Source: Candidatus Hydrogenedentota bacterium
Lineage (GTDB): Bacteria > Hydrogenedentota > Hydrogenedentia > Hydrogenedentales > JAEUWI01
NCBI GenBank assembly: GCA_034669905.1
Contig: JAXMOL010000004.1
Coordinates: 1 to 64,000 of the forward strand
Direction of reading: 5' to 3'
Length of the DNA stretch: 64,000 bases
Each line of letters starts with the position of its first letter. Positions within the stretch are counted from its first letter, which is position 1. The notes beneath the pieces are model-generated. The model was not told the origin of the DNA. It searched no databases and worked only from the letters and a program-made list of their open reading frames with translations. Of this stretch, positions 29,224-40,153 are shown piece by piece. Made by a program: the position numbers and the translations under genes.

Positions 29224-31638
29224 ATGATGTATACGATTCCCAAATCAGGCCACCGCTGGGCGCGCTTATGCCTGGTCCTCGGCACGTGTGCCTTGCCCGC
29301 CCTAAGCCCCGCAGGTGACTTCAATAATCGGGTCAAGCCCCTCTTGTCCCAACATTGTTTCGCCTGTCACGGGCCCGACGCCAAGCAACGTAAAGGGGAC
29401 CTGCGCCTCGACGTGTCGCCCCATGATGGCGCCATGCCCCCCGAGCGTTTTGCCGAGATTTTTGGCCAGGATCGGAAGACCAGTCTTCTCTTTCAACGAA
29501 TCACGACCCACGATACCGATGATCGTATGCCGCCGGTGGAGAAACCCGGCCTTTCTGACAAGGACATCGCTGTTCTGGGAGACTGGCTGGATGACGGTGC
29601 GCCCTACGAAAAACACTGGGCCTTCGTGGCTCCGAGTTGGCCGGATATCCCGGACGTGGGGGAGAGCGACTGGGTCAAGAACGATATCGACCGGTTTATA
29701 CTTCGGCGACTACAGGAGGAGGGCATCGCGCCTGCCCCTCTCGCCGAGCCGGAAACGCGCTTGCGCCGGGTCTATCTCGATCTGGTGGGCCTATTGCCAC
29801 CGCCCGTCGCTATTGAAGCCTTTACAGCTTCCCCCACCGATGCATTATATGCCCGGATTGTAGAGGAATTACTCGCCTCGCCCCATTTTGGGGAGCGGTG
29901 GGGAAGGCATTGGCTTGATGCCGCCCGCTACGCCGATTCAAACGGATACAGCATCGATGGCCCCCGTGAAATCTGGCCCTATCGGGATTGGGTAATCGAC
30001 GCGGTCAATGCCGACAAGCCGTTCGATGAATTTGTGGTGGAACAAATCGCCGGTGATCTTCTGCCAGATGGGACCCGCGACCAGCAGGTCGCCACGGGCT
30101 TCCATCGGAACACCATGATTAACCAGGAAGGCGGCATCGATAAAGAGGAGTTTCGGATCGAGGGGATTGTCGATCGGGTGAATACCACCGGCGCCGTCTT
30201 TCTGGGGCTGACGCTGGGCTGTGCCAAGTGCCATGATCACAAGTATGACCCGGTGTACCAGGATGAGTACTACAAGCTCTTCGCCTTTTACAACAACGAC
30301 GATGAAATCGACTTGGAGCTGCCCAGTGAGGAACAGGCGGCTCGCATCGCTGCGCTCAAGGCAGAAATTGCCGGTATTGCGCCTGCCCGTGACGCCTATC
30401 GGGCGGAAGCAATTCAGGGAAAACTCGAGGTCTGGCTGGCCGGGCAATCTGAGGAAGCGGTCAAGAATTGGGGCCTGAAAGAACAGGCGGCGCAAAGGAC
30501 CCCGCGGTCCGAATGGACCGAGGAACAGGAACGGCTCATTCAGAAGCGTTTTCTCCAGGCGGATGAGACGTACCGGAATTTCGAAGCGCAGATTAATGCC
30601 GTTCAGGGAAAAATGCCCAAGGTGCCTAGAACCATGGTGCTTCGAAAGCGGAAAGAAGCCCGGGAGTCCCACCTCTTCGAGCAGGGGGACTTCACCCGCC
30701 TCGGCGAAAAGGTCCTTCCGGGCACCCCAGCCGTCTTACACGCCTACGATGGCCCCGAATTCGGGAATCGGCTCGACCTCGCCCACTGGATTGTTTCCAG
30801 AGAGAACCCCCTGACAGCCCGGGTCACCGTGAACCGTTATTGGCAGCACCTCTTTGGCCGGGGTCTGGTTGAGACAGAAAACGATTTTGGCTATCAAGGT
30901 GCCCTGCCGACTCACCCCGAACTTCTGGACTATCTCGCCAACCAGTTTGTCGCCCGGGGATGGTCGACCAAACGGGCGATTCAGGAGATGGTCCTGTCCG
31001 CCACCTATCAACAATCCTCTCGACACCGCGATGATCTGGAGGTGGTGGACCCCCGGAATTATCTCCTGGCCCGACAGAACAGAGTCCGCCTGGATGCGGA
31101 GATTATCCGGGATGTGACGTTGACGGCCTCAGGCGCACTGAATACCACCATCGGTGGCCCGGGCGTCTATCCGCCCCAGCCTGACGGCGTCATGAAGCTG
31201 GGGCAGCGTAATCGCCCCTGGGATGCGAGCGAGGGCGGCGACCGCTTTCGACGGGGAATGTACACCTTCTACTGGCGGGCCACGCCGCATCCGGCATTGG
31301 CGGTCTTTGATGCGCCCGATGCCATGGTGGCCTGTACCCGTCGGAGCCGCTCCAATACGCCCCTGCAAGCCCTCACCCTGTTGAACGATGCGGCCTTTGT
31401 CGAGCAGGCCGAATTATTTGGCGCACGCCTTGCCGCGGCCCCCATGGAGACCGATGAGGAGCGCATACGCTATGCCCTTCAATTGAGTCTGAACCGTGCT
31501 CCCAGTGACCACGAGATGGCCATCCTGCGGGAGCTTGTGGCGGATGTTCGAATGCAGAACGATACGAAGGCCGCCACGGAATGGGTTCATGTGGCACGGA
31601 CCCTCTTTAATCTGGATGAGTTCATTACCCGCGAGTGA
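29224..31638 (+). CDS. Planctomycete cytochrome c / DUF1549 / PSD1 (DUF1553) protein
   Basis: Signal peptide, two CxxCH motifs (CFACH, CAKCH), GERWGRHWLD, NPLTARV and NTPLQAL. Confidence 0.9.
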   Translation: MMYTIPKSGHRWARLCLVLGTCALPALSPAGDFNNRVKPLLSQHCFACHGPDAKQRKGDLRLDVSPHDGAMPPERFAEIFGQDRKTSLLFQRITTHDTDDRMPPVEKPGLSDKDIAVLGDWLDDGAPYEKHWAFVAPSWPDIPDVGESDWVKNDIDRFILRRLQEEGIAPAPLAEPETRLRRVYLDLVGLLPPPVAIEAFTASPTDALYARIVEELLASPHFGERWGRHWLDAARYADSNGYSIDGPREIWPYRDWVIDAVNADKPFDEFVVEQIAGDLLPDGTRDQQVATGFHRNTMINQEGGIDKEEFRIEGIVDRVNTTGAVFLGLTLGCAKCHDHKYDPVYQDEYYKLFAFYNNDDEIDLELPSEEQAARIAALKAEIAGIAPARDAYRAEAIQGKLEVWLAGQSEEAVKNWGLKEQAAQRTPRSEWTEEQERLIQKRFLQADETYRNFEAQINAVQGKMPKVPRTMVLRKRKEARESHLFEQGDFTRLGEKVLPGTPAVLHAYDGPEFGNRLDLAHWIVSRENPLTARVTVNRYWQHLFGRGLVETENDFGYQGALPTHPELLDYLANQFVARGWSTKRAIQEMVLSATYQQSSRHRDDLEVVDPRNYLLARQNRVRLDAEIIRDVTLTASGALNTTIGGPGVYPPQPDGVMKLGQRNRPWDASEGGDRFRRGMYTFYWRATPHPALAVFDAPDAMVACTRRSRSNTPLQALTLLNDAAFVEQAELFGARLAAAPMETDEERIRYALQLSLNRAPSDHEMAILRELVADVRMQNDTKAATEWVHVARTLFNLDEFITRE

Positions 31639-33110
31639 GCGAAGGGATGGTCATGCGTAGTACACCCTATCAACAAGCCCTGCAAGGCGTCACACGGCGT
31701 CATTTTTTCAAGCAATGTGGCATTGGGCTGGGCTCCATGGCCCTCGGCTCTTTACTGAATGATCAGGCCGCTGCCCGAACGGTCGGTAATGAAATGGGGA
31801 TTTACCAGGGGCAGGGGCAACTCCCAGCCAAGGCCAAACGGGTTATCTTCATGTTCATGGCGGGTGGCCCCAGCCAGCTGGAGCTTTTCGACTACAAACC
31901 CGCTCTCCAGAAGTACAACGGCCAGCCTATACCCCAATCCTATATTGAGGGGAAACGCTTTGCCTTCATGGATTCCTTTGGTAACGATGGGCCGCCGAAG
32001 CTCCTGGGTACGGTGCGGGATTTCAAACAGCATGGAAACTGCGGGGCCTGGGTGTCGGAATGTCTTCCCCACACCGCAGGTATTGTCGATGATATTTCCT
32101 TCCTGAAGACCGTGGCCACCGACGTGCCCAATCATGCCCCTGCCAAGATCTTTATGAATACCGGTTCAGGCCAGTTCGGACGTCCGAGCATGGGGGCCTG
32201 GGTGAACTACGGCATCGGCAGTGAGTCCCAGAATCTTCCCGGCTTCGTCGTCCTTCAGTCGGGCCCCCGGGGGCCCCGTGGCGGCCAGCCCAACTGGGGG
32301 AGCGGTTTTCTGCCAGCGGCCCACCAGGGCGTTCCCTTTCGGTCCACCGGGGATCCCATCCTGAATCTGAGTACACCCGAATCCATCTCTGCGGATAGCC
32401 AGCGTCGCGTCATTGACGCGGTCAATGGCCTCAATCGCGCCCGACTGGACGTGACTGGGGACGGCGAAATCGCCGCCCGTATCAGTTCCTATGAAATGGC
32501 GTACCGCATGCAGAGCAGTGCCCCTGAATTAATGGACCTCTCCAAAGAGAGCCAACATACCCTTGATCTCTACGGTGCGAAAGTCGGGGAGCCGTCCTAC
32601 GCCATGAATTGCCTGCTCGCCCGGCGGCTCGTGGAGCGGGGGGTACGGTTCATACAGCTTTACCACACCAACTGGGACCACCACGGGGGCAACTCCGAAA
32701 ACCTTTCGAACAGCCTCGACGAAGTCTGCCACGATGTGGACCAGGGTTCCGCTGCGCTGGTGAAGGATCTTAAACAACGGGGGCTTCTTGAAGATACGCT
32801 GGTAATCTGGGGGGGCGAGTTTGGAAGAACCCCCATGGGAGAGATTCGCGATACGGTGGGACGTAACCACCATATTGAATGCTCCACCATGTGGATGGCC
32901 GGAGGCGGTGTAAAGGCGGGCTATACCCTCGGCGAGACCGACGAACTGGGTTTCAGCCCGGTGGATGCGCCCGTCCATGTCCACGATCTGCAAGCAACGA
33001 TTTTACATCAACTGGGAATTGATCACGAAAAGCTGACCTACCGATTCCAGGGGCGCGACTTCCGCCTCACCGATGTGGCCGGTCATGTGCAACACGATCT
33101 ACTTGTTTAG
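31635..33110 (+). CDS. DUF1501 domain protein with a Tat-like signal
   Basis: TRRHFFK, FMAGGPSQLE, WDHH, WGGEFGRTP and GRDFRLTDV motifs. Confidence 0.9.
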   Translation: MSEGMVMRSTPYQQALQGVTRRHFFKQCGIGLGSMALGSLLNDQAAARTVGNEMGIYQGQGQLPAKAKRVIFMFMAGGPSQLELFDYKPALQKYNGQPIPQSYIEGKRFAFMDSFGNDGPPKLLGTVRDFKQHGNCGAWVSECLPHTAGIVDDISFLKTVATDVPNHAPAKIFMNTGSGQFGRPSMGAWVNYGIGSESQNLPGFVVLQSGPRGPRGGQPNWGSGFLPAAHQGVPFRSTGDPILNLSTPESISADSQRRVIDAVNGLNRARLDVTGDGEIAARISSYEMAYRMQSSAPELMDLSKESQHTLDLYGAKVGEPSYAMNCLLARRLVERGVRFIQLYHTNWDHHGGNSENLSNSLDEVCHDVDQGSAALVKDLKQRGLLEDTLVIWGGEFGRTPMGEIRDTVGRNHHIECSTMWMAGGGVKAGYTLGETDELGFSPVDAPVHVHDLQATILHQLGIDHEKLTYRFQGRDFRLTDVAGHVQHDLLV

Positions 33111-33124
33111 GGGGATACGGTATC

Positions 33125-34048
33125 GTGCCTGTAAGTATTCAAGTTCAGATAACCACCTGTGTTACGAAAATCGTGGCTACGGAGCCAGCGTCCGTCCTCG
33201 ATGTGGGCTGTGGCTTCGGAAAGTGGGGCTATCTATGCCGGGAATACCTCGATGCCTTTAACGGGCGGTGGCGTCCGGAAGATTGGACCACCCGCATTGA
33301 TGGGATTGAGTTTTTCGAACCCTATATTCTCGCCCATCAGCGGGCCCTGTACAGCAACATCACGATTGGAGATATTCGGGATCTGTGCCATAGCATCGAC
33401 GAATACGATCTCATTATTGCCGGTGATGTAATTGAACACATGCATAAAGATGAGGCCGAGGAAGTGGTCGAAACCCTCTATGCAAAGGCGCGGAAGATGC
33501 TCATCGTCAATATCCCCCTGGGCAAGGGGTGGGATCACCCGGCCCAATACGGCAACCCTGCGGAATTGCATCGCAGCGAATGGTACACGGAAGATTTCGA
33601 GGGCTATGCCACCGAGCGTGAGACCTATCGTTTGCCGGCGGGAATTGACTACGGTTCCTTCTATTGTGAGAAGGGACTCGATCCCCATGTGCGTATCGCG
33701 GGCTTTGTCAATGCGTCCCTCTTTTATGACAAACAAGGCGACTCGGCAAACGCCCTCCGGTATCTGGAACGGGCCCAGCGTGTAGAGGCGGAACCGCTGG
33801 AATCTACCTTGTTACTCGCAGATACAATGATTCAGTTGGGGAAAGTGGAAATGGCGCAAGAGCGCCTTGGCTGGGCGATAGAACAGTTACCGGAAAACGG
33901 GATGCTACGCCTCTTTCTTGCAAAGCTGTTGTACGCCCGGGGGCAGCAACGCGAAGCGCTGATTACCCTGCAGGAAGTGGCAGCATTGGAAAACCTGGAG
34001 CCCGCGTTAAGGCAGGAAACGGAAGGCTTGATGGCAAGCTGGACGTGA
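33125..34048 (+). CDS. Class I SAM-dependent methyltransferase with C-terminal TPR
   Basis: VLDVGCGFG and GDVIEH motifs, followed by a helical TPR-like tail. Confidence 0.75.
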   Translation: MPVSIQVQITTCVTKIVATEPASVLDVGCGFGKWGYLCREYLDAFNGRWRPEDWTTRIDGIEFFEPYILAHQRALYSNITIGDIRDLCHSIDEYDLIIAGDVIEHMHKDEAEEVVETLYAKARKMLIVNIPLGKGWDHPAQYGNPAELHRSEWYTEDFEGYATERETYRLPAGIDYGSFYCEKGLDPHVRIAGFVNASLFYDKQGDSANALRYLERAQRVEAEPLESTLLLADTMIQLGKVEMAQERLGWAIEQLPENGMLRLFLAKLLYARGQQREALITLQEVAALENLEPALRQETEGLMASWT

Positions 34049-34054
34049 GCCGGG

Positions 34055-35077
34055 TCAGGCCTTGTTCTGGACGATTTCTTTGACCAGATCTTTGCGTACG
34101 GAATAGGAGCGCTTGCCGTACTGGATGAAGTAGTAGGGATCCTTGTCTTCGATCTTGTCGGCGGGCTGTGTCAAGCCGCTGTGGAACTGGATGACGTAAG
34201 GATAGCCACCGCCAAGGGGCTGACCGGGGCCGGGACGTTTGGGTGTGGCGTCCTTTTTCGACCCGTCGCTACGGCCATGGGTGGCCCGTGACGCCGTCAT
34301 CTTCGGGAAGCGGGGACGGGTCAGGGTGCTCGTGTCCCCTGCATATTGCTTTACACGAACCACATACTCCCGCGTCTCTTTGAAGGGCGGAACTCCGCCG
34401 TGTTTCTTTACATTGCCCGGGCCAGCATTGTAGGCGGCCAACGCCAGGGTCGTGTCGTTATCGAATAGTTCCAGCATCTTTGCGAGATACTGGGTGCCGC
34501 CGGCGATGTTCTGTGCGGGGTCAAAGATATCCGAAACGCCCATGTCCCCCGCGGTGCCCGGCATGAGCTGCATGAGACCACAGGCCCCTGCACTGGATCG
34601 GGCATTGGGGTTCCAATTGCTTTCGGCCTTGATCACCGCGTAGACCAACGTATCATCCACGCCGTAAAGTTTAGAATAGTGAGAAACCAGTTTGGAGTAG
34701 TCGTTGGAGCTATACCCCGTAGGTTTTCGCGCCTTGCGGTATTCCGGGTGGATTACGATGGGGTCAAATTTCAGTCGGTCCTCACGAAAATCCGGGTGCC
34801 GCTTATACTTCGAGATGCGGTTGGTGAGGGTGGGCGTCCCGGAACTGCTCTTGAACCGGCGCATCCCCAACTCACTACGGCGCTTTGTGGCCGAGTTTCG
34901 CCGGTTGACCATGTGTGATTTGCCAATGGTCTTGGGGGCCACTTCCTCCTCGGCAAGGCTTGCAGAGGGCCAGCCGAGCCCAGAAAACAACCCCGTTACC
35001 ATCAGAATGGCAACAGGCAGACACTGGGTCCGGAGCCGGTCAAGAGAAACCGGTTTTTTCAAGATTGCATACATCAT
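34055..35077 (-). CDS. Lytic transglycosylase (SLT domain)
   Basis: [21 protein letters not shown] and ETREYV motifs, with an N-terminal hydrophobic segment. Confidence 0.9.
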   Translation of the reverse strand: MMYAILKKPVSLDRLRTQCLPVAILMVTGLFSGLGWPSASLAEEEVAPKTIGKSHMVNRRNSATKRRSELGMRRFKSSSGTPTLTNRISKYKRHPDFREDRLKFDPIVIHPEYRKARKPTGYSSNDYSKLVSHYSKLYGVDDTLVYAVIKAESNWNPNARSSAGACGLMQLMPGTAGDMGVSDIFDPAQNIAGGTQYLAKMLELFDNDTTLALAAYNAGPGNVKKHGGVPPFKETREYVVRVKQYAGDTSTLTRPRFPKMTASRATHGRSDGSKKDATPKRPGPGQPLGGGYPYVIQFHSGLTQPADKIEDKDPYYFIQYGKRSYSVRKDLVKEIVQNKA

Positions 35078-35213
35078 CGTCAATAGTATACGTGTCCCTT
35101 TGAGAAAGCACAAGGCAAAATACCGCCCAATCCAGCCCGGCTACGATTTGCCCTTGCGTGACTACCGGTACCAGTGATACCGTTGTGCCAACCTCCAAGG
35201 AAGCTCCCTGCCG

Positions 35214-35690
35214 ATGGCCGATTCTATCGAAGCCCAGATCATACAATATCTTGATGAAACGAAAAAAACCGTGGCTACGGCCGAATCCTGTAGCGGTGGT
35301 CTGATTGCGCACCGCCTCACCAACGTTCCCGGCTCATCAGGCCCATTCCCGGGCGGTCTGGTGGCCTACAGCAATGACGTCAAGAAGGCGTTGCTTTCCG
35401 TTCCAGAAGAAACCTTATCTGTCTACGGCGCCGTAAGTCAACAGACGGCCATCGCTATGGCGGAGGGTGCGCGGGCACAATTCGGTACCGATTACGCGGT
35501 TGCCGTAACCGGCATTGCGGGCCCGGGTGGTGGCACCGAGGAGAAGCCGGTCGGGCTGGTGCACATGGCGGTTGCCCGTGCTGCGGCAACCGAGGCATGC
35601 CATCACCACTTTGAAGGTGACCGGGAAATTATTAAACTGAAAACATCCGAGGCCGCTTTGGCCCTCTTGTGGGAGAACATACGTAAATGA
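35214..35690 (+). CDS. pncC: Nicotinamide mononucleotide deamidase (CinA C-terminal domain only)
   Basis: TAESCSGG, YSNDVK, GAVS and TGIAGPGGG motifs. Confidence 0.88.
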   Translation: MADSIEAQIIQYLDETKKTVATAESCSGGLIAHRLTNVPGSSGPFPGGLVAYSNDVKKALLSVPEETLSVYGAVSQQTAIAMAEGARAQFGTDYAVAVTGIAGPGGGTEEKPVGLVHMAVARAAATEACHHHFEGDREIIKLKTSEAALALLWENIRK

Positions 35691-38600
35691 GTTCCGGATT
35701 CGTCCATCTTCATGTCCATTCGGATTACAGCGTGCTGGATGGTGCCTGTAAGACCAAAGAGCTGTTGGATCGCTGTGAGCAGTACGGCATGAACGCCTGC
35801 GCCCTGACGGATCATGGCAATCTCTTTGGTGCCGTTGAGTTTTACCAGATGGCGAAGTCTCGGGGCATCAAGCCGATTATCGGTTGCGAGTTGTACGTCG
35901 CGCCCGCCGATCGAAAAGATACGAGTACCAAGTATCTGGGCTCCTACAACAACCATTTCCTGCTCCTGTGCGAAAATGAAGCCGGGTACCATAATCTCTG
36001 CAAATTGAGTTCCAAGGGGTATCTCGAGGGCTTTTATTACAAGCCACGGGTCGACGATGAGTTGCTGGCCAAGCATTCCGAAGGGTTGATTGCGACGACT
36101 TCCTGTCTGGCGGGCCGCGTGCCCCAGGCCATTATGCAGGACAACATGGATCTGGCGGTTTCCCAATTGGAGCGCTATATCGAGATCTTCGGCAAGGACA
36201 ACTACCTCGTCGAACTCATGCACCACGGTATTGAGGAGCAGGAGAAGGTGAACCCTGTGCTTCAGCAGTTGGCGGAAGACTATGGGCTCATGTTGGTCGC
36301 CACCAACGACTGCCACTACATTGACCAAAGTGATTCCGAAGCCCACGAGGCCTTGCTCTGTGTGCAGACGGGTACGACGCTGGAAGACGAGAAACGCTTT
36401 AAATTCCCCACCCAGGAATTCCACTTCCGCACCGAAGAAGAAATGCGGGAAGTCTTTAAGGATTGTCCCGAGGCCGTCGACAATACGGTTAAGGTGGCAG
36501 AGCGCTGTAACCTCGAGATTCCTCTGGGCGAAAGTCTGATCCCGGCATACCAGCCCGACGGGGGCTATGTGGACGGGGCGACGCCTCTGAGCTACCTGAC
36601 GGAGCTCGTCATGACCGGCGTCGAGCAGCGCTACGGCACACCGCCCCCGCCGGAATACGTCGAGCGGGCGGAGTTCGAGCTCAGTGTTATCGAGCGCATG
36701 AAGTTTGTCGATTATTTCCTCGTGGTATGGGATTTGATTAATTTCGCCAACCAGGAAGGCATCCCCGTAGGCCCAGGGCGTGGTTCGGGTGCCGGTAGTA
36801 TCGTGGCTTACGCGCTCAAGATCACCAATATTGATCCCATGCGCTACAACCTCCTGTTCGAGCGCTTCCTCAATCCCGAGCGGGTATCCATGCCCGATTT
36901 CGACATCGATTTCTGCTACAACCGCCGGGAAGAAATGATCGCCTATTCGTATGAGAAGTACGGACGGGAGAATGTCAGTCAGATTATTACCTTCGGCCGT
37001 ATGCTCGCCAAGAACGTGATCCGTAATGTGGGCCGCGTCCTGGGGATGAGCTACGGGGATGTGGATCGTATTGCCAAACTGGTGCCCGACGAGCTGAAGA
37101 TCAAGCTTCAAGACGCGGAAGACCGGGTCGAGGAGTTGCAACAGCTTATTGAGCAGGACCCACAGATCCGCAAGCTCTGGGGACTGGCCAAGCGCCTTGA
37201 GGGGACGATCGGTAACTGCGGCACCCACGCGGCCGGTGTGGTGATATGTGACCACGACCTGACGGACCACGTTGCCCTCTATAAGGCAAGCAATTCCGAC
37301 ACGGTCGCGACCCAGGTGGAGATGAAGTGCGTGGAGGAGGTGGGACTCCTCAAGATGGACTTCCTCGGACTCCGTACCCTCACGGTGGTGCATGAGGCCG
37401 TACGCCTGATCCGCGAGGGACGCGGGATCGAAATTGATATCGATAATATTTCCTGTGATGACGACACGACCTACAGTCTCCTGCGTTCGGGCCAGACCAC
37501 GGGAGTCTTCCAGTTGGAAAGCTCCGGTATGCGTGATTTGGCACGGCGTATCGGGTTGCAGAGCCTGGAAGAGATGAGTGCCCTCGTGGCCCTCTTCCGA
37601 CCCGGTCCCATGCAGTTCATCGATACCTATATCGAGGGTAAGTACAACCCGGAAACGATCAAATATGACCACGAACTGACCCGCTCCATCCTGGAAGAAA
37701 CCTACGGTATTGCCGTTTATCAGGAGCAGGTGATGCAGCTGGTACAGGCCTGTGCCGGATTCAGCCTGGGACAGGCAGACATCGTGCGTCGTGCCATGGG
37801 TAAGAAAAAGAAGGATCTGCTCGATGAGCAGAAGGCCAAGTTTATTGCGGGGTGTGCCGAAAAGGACATCGATGCGAAGCTGGCCGGGGTCATTTGGGAC
37901 AAGATTGAAACCTTCGCGGGGTATGGCTTTAACAAATCTCACAGTGTGGCCTATGCCTTCGTGGCCTACCAGACCGCTTATCTCAAGGCGAATTATCCGG
38001 TAGAGTTCATGTGCGCCCTGCTGACCAGTGAATCGGGGAACCTGGATAAGGTGGCCATGTACGTCGATGAATGCCGACGGATGGGTATCGATGTGCTGCC
38101 ACCCGACATCAATCACAGTTGGAATTATTTCGCCGTGGACGGTCAGTCCATTCGCTTTGGCATGGGTGCCATTAAAAACGTGGGGGAGGGGCCCACCGCA
38201 GAGATTACCCGGGAGCGCACCGAGAATGGTCCCTTTGAAGATCTCTTCGACATGTGCAAACGGGTAGATACGCGCATCGTGAACCGTCGGTGTATTGAAA
38301 GCCTCAACCGTGCCGGTGCCTTTGTTGGAATGGGCTGGAATCGGAAACAGGTCGAAGCGGTGCTTGACCAGGCCCTGGGCGAAGGGCAAAGCGCCCAGCG
38401 GGACCGGGATGCCGGCCAGTTCTCACTCTTCGATATGGATGGCATGGCCGACACAATGGCCACCATGCACCAGAAGCCCGAGCTGCCGGAATATCCCGAC
38501 CATGAAGTGCTTCAGATGGAGAAAGAACTGCTGGGGCTCTATATCAGCAGCCACCCCCTCGATCCCTATCTGGATATCATCGACCGCTTCGGCACGGTCA

Positions 38601-39220
38601 ATCTGATCAACCTTGCGGAATACAAGGAGGGCCAGATGATCAATGTGGCCGGGTCGGTCAGTACGGTGCGCATTCACGTCACGAAAACGAACAAGCGTAT
38701 GGCCTTCCTCGGGTTGGAAACGCGCCAGGGCCTGATCGAGGTGACGGTGTTCTCCGACACCTTTGAGCAGAAGGCCGGGCTCCTCGCCCAGGACATGATC
38801 GTCATGATTCAGGCGCGGGTCAATTATCGCAACGATGAACCGGGCCTGGTGGCAAACGATGTGTTCGCTATCGAAGATGCTGAGCGTCAACTGGTGAAGG
38901 CGGTTCACATCACGCTGGAAGGAGAGGCGCTCCAGGAAGAGCGGGTGGAGAAACTGGCCGAACTGCTTGGAAACGCCAAGGGGGAATGCGACGTCTATCT
39001 CCACTGCACGACACGTCAGGGCAAGAAGGTAGTCATTCATGCTACCGAAGCCTGCCTGGTTCCGGCCACCCGTCAGTTTTCCTATGCCATTGAAGAAATT
39101 GCAGGCATGGATAGTGTCTGGTTTTCTGCCGGTATGGGGCTTCCGACCCACCGTCCGGAGGAGATTAAAGTTCGGGAACCCAAGCCGTGGGAACGGAAAA
39201 AGAAGAGCCAGCCCGCGTAA
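35687..39220 (+). CDS. dnaE: DNA polymerase III alpha subunit
   Basis: PHP domain (HLHVHS), GPGRGSGAGS, PDFDID, KMDFLG and GFNKSHS motifs, plus an OB domain. Confidence 0.98.
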   Translation: MSSGFVHLHVHSDYSVLDGACKTKELLDRCEQYGMNACALTDHGNLFGAVEFYQMAKSRGIKPIIGCELYVAPADRKDTSTKYLGSYNNHFLLLCENEAGYHNLCKLSSKGYLEGFYYKPRVDDELLAKHSEGLIATTSCLAGRVPQAIMQDNMDLAVSQLERYIEIFGKDNYLVELMHHGIEEQEKVNPVLQQLAEDYGLMLVATNDCHYIDQSDSEAHEALLCVQTGTTLEDEKRFKFPTQEFHFRTEEEMREVFKDCPEAVDNTVKVAERCNLEIPLGESLIPAYQPDGGYVDGATPLSYLTELVMTGVEQRYGTPPPPEYVERAEFELSVIERMKFVDYFLVVWDLINFANQEGIPVGPGRGSGAGSIVAYALKITNIDPMRYNLLFERFLNPERVSMPDFDIDFCYNRREEMIAYSYEKYGRENVSQIITFGRMLAKNVIRNVGRVLGMSYGDVDRIAKLVPDELKIKLQDAEDRVEELQQLIEQDPQIRKLWGLAKRLEGTIGNCGTHAAGVVICDHDLTDHVALYKASNSDTVATQVEMKCVEEVGLLKMDFLGLRTLTVVHEAVRLIREGRGIEIDIDNISCDDDTTYSLLRSGQTTGVFQLESSGMRDLARRIGLQSLEEMSALVALFRPGPMQFIDTYIEGKYNPETIKYDHELTRSILEETYGIAVYQEQVMQLVQACAGFSLGQADIVRRAMGKKKKDLLDEQKAKFIAGCAEKDIDAKLAGVIWDKIETFAGYGFNKSHSVAYAFVAYQTAYLKANYPVEFMCALLTSESGNLDKVAMYVDECRRMGIDVLPPDINHSWNYFAVDGQSIRFGMGAIKNVGEGPTAEITRERTENGPFEDLFDMCKRVDTRIVNRRCIESLNRAGAFVGMGWNRKQVEAVLDQALGEGQSAQRDRDAGQFSLFDMDGMADTMATMHQKPELPEYPDHEVLQMEKELLGLYISSHPLDPYLDIIDRFGTVNLINLAEYKEGQMINVAGSVSTVRIHVTKTNKRMAFLGLETRQGLIEVTVFSDTFEQKAGLLAQDMIVMIQARVNYRNDEPGLVANDVFAIEDAERQLVKAVHITLEGEALQEERVEKLAELLGNAKGECDVYLHCTTRQGKKVVIHATEACLVPATRQFSYAIEEIAGMDSVWFSAGMGLPTHRPEEIKVREPKPWERKKKSQPA

Positions 39221-39300
39221 TCTCTTTGCAAAAATCCGCTTTTCTACGGTAAACTTTAGGCTGGGTATACCTAACGTACTACTCTTGAGGTACTTAAGAT

Positions 39301-39942
39301 ATGTTTTATGCAATGCTCCTTACGCTCGCGGGACTCGCAGCCACCATGGAAGTCTCCAATGAACCCGTCGCCTTTGTGGTGGACTATGGGGAGATGAAGG
39401 ATATTTCCCTCACCGCCCAGGATGTGTTGGTGTTCTCCTTCGACCTTCCGCAGGTGAGGACCATCGAAAACAGCCAGGTGACCTACGCCAAGCGGAGCAT
39501 GGCCGAGATGATGGCCGCCATCGTCCCTGTCGAACCTCCGGATAGCAAACCTACCTTGCCCAATGAAAGCCGCAAGAAAAAGCGTCTGGACCATACGCCA
39601 CCCTTTACGGGCACGGTCACTGGGGACGTGACGATCCTGAAAAGTGCGGTCAACCAGCGCATTATTCTGGTTTCCAACATTCAGGGCGATGGGTTGATGC
39701 AGGTCCTGGTGCGGGGGAACACGGCGAAAAAGGCTGATGGCGCCGAAGCCAAGGCCCTCTTGAATACGCCGTTGGTCATTGTGCGCAATTCCAAAGCAGC
39801 GACCGAGGTGGTCGTCGATGGCGCTAAATCACAGAAGATCGAAGACGTGGCGCCCGCAGTGAAATCGTCGCTCACCTCCCATTTCAACGGAGCGCTTCCC
39901 GAAAACCTGCGGATCGTGGAGCAGACCATCACGGTAGAGTAG
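39301..39942 (+). CDS. Hypothetical exported protein
   Basis: N-terminal hydrophobic stretch and host-like codon use. No recognised family. Confidence 0.6.
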   Translation: MFYAMLLTLAGLAATMEVSNEPVAFVVDYGEMKDISLTAQDVLVFSFDLPQVRTIENSQVTYAKRSMAEMMAAIVPVEPPDSKPTLPNESRKKKRLDHTPPFTGTVTGDVTILKSAVNQRIILVSNIQGDGLMQVLVRGNTAKKADGAEAKALLNTPLVIVRNSKAATEVVVDGAKSQKIEDVAPAVKSSLTSHFNGALPENLRIVEQTITVE

Positions 39943-40080
39943 GCCGTCCCCGTCGGAGTGTACTCGGCCCCAGTCCAACGTGTCTGCAGTCGTGCCGAAA
40001 GCGCCGTCAGGTTGTAGTACCGATTGAGTTTCCCCATTGCGCGTTGCGCGAGCCCCCCGTCCAGGGGACCCGCTACCGGA

Positions 40081-40109
40081 TTGACGGCATGGGGGATTTT
40101 TGCTAAACT
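40081..40109 (+). promoter_or_regulatory. Candidate sigma70 promoter with extended -10
   Basis: TTGACG-N17-TAAACT with TG immediately upstream of the -10 (TGC-TAAACT). Confidence 0.55.
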
Positions 40110-40153
40110 CAAGGCAATCAACTGGATACAACTATGAGGTCCTGTCTGCGCTT

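Noticed and set aside
35603..38389. 928-aa antisense ORF
   Set aside because: It is a shadow of dnaE produced by high-GC codon bias and has no motifs.
35687..39220. Intein or split in dnaE
   Set aside because: The length is typical and I see no intein splice motifs or insertion.
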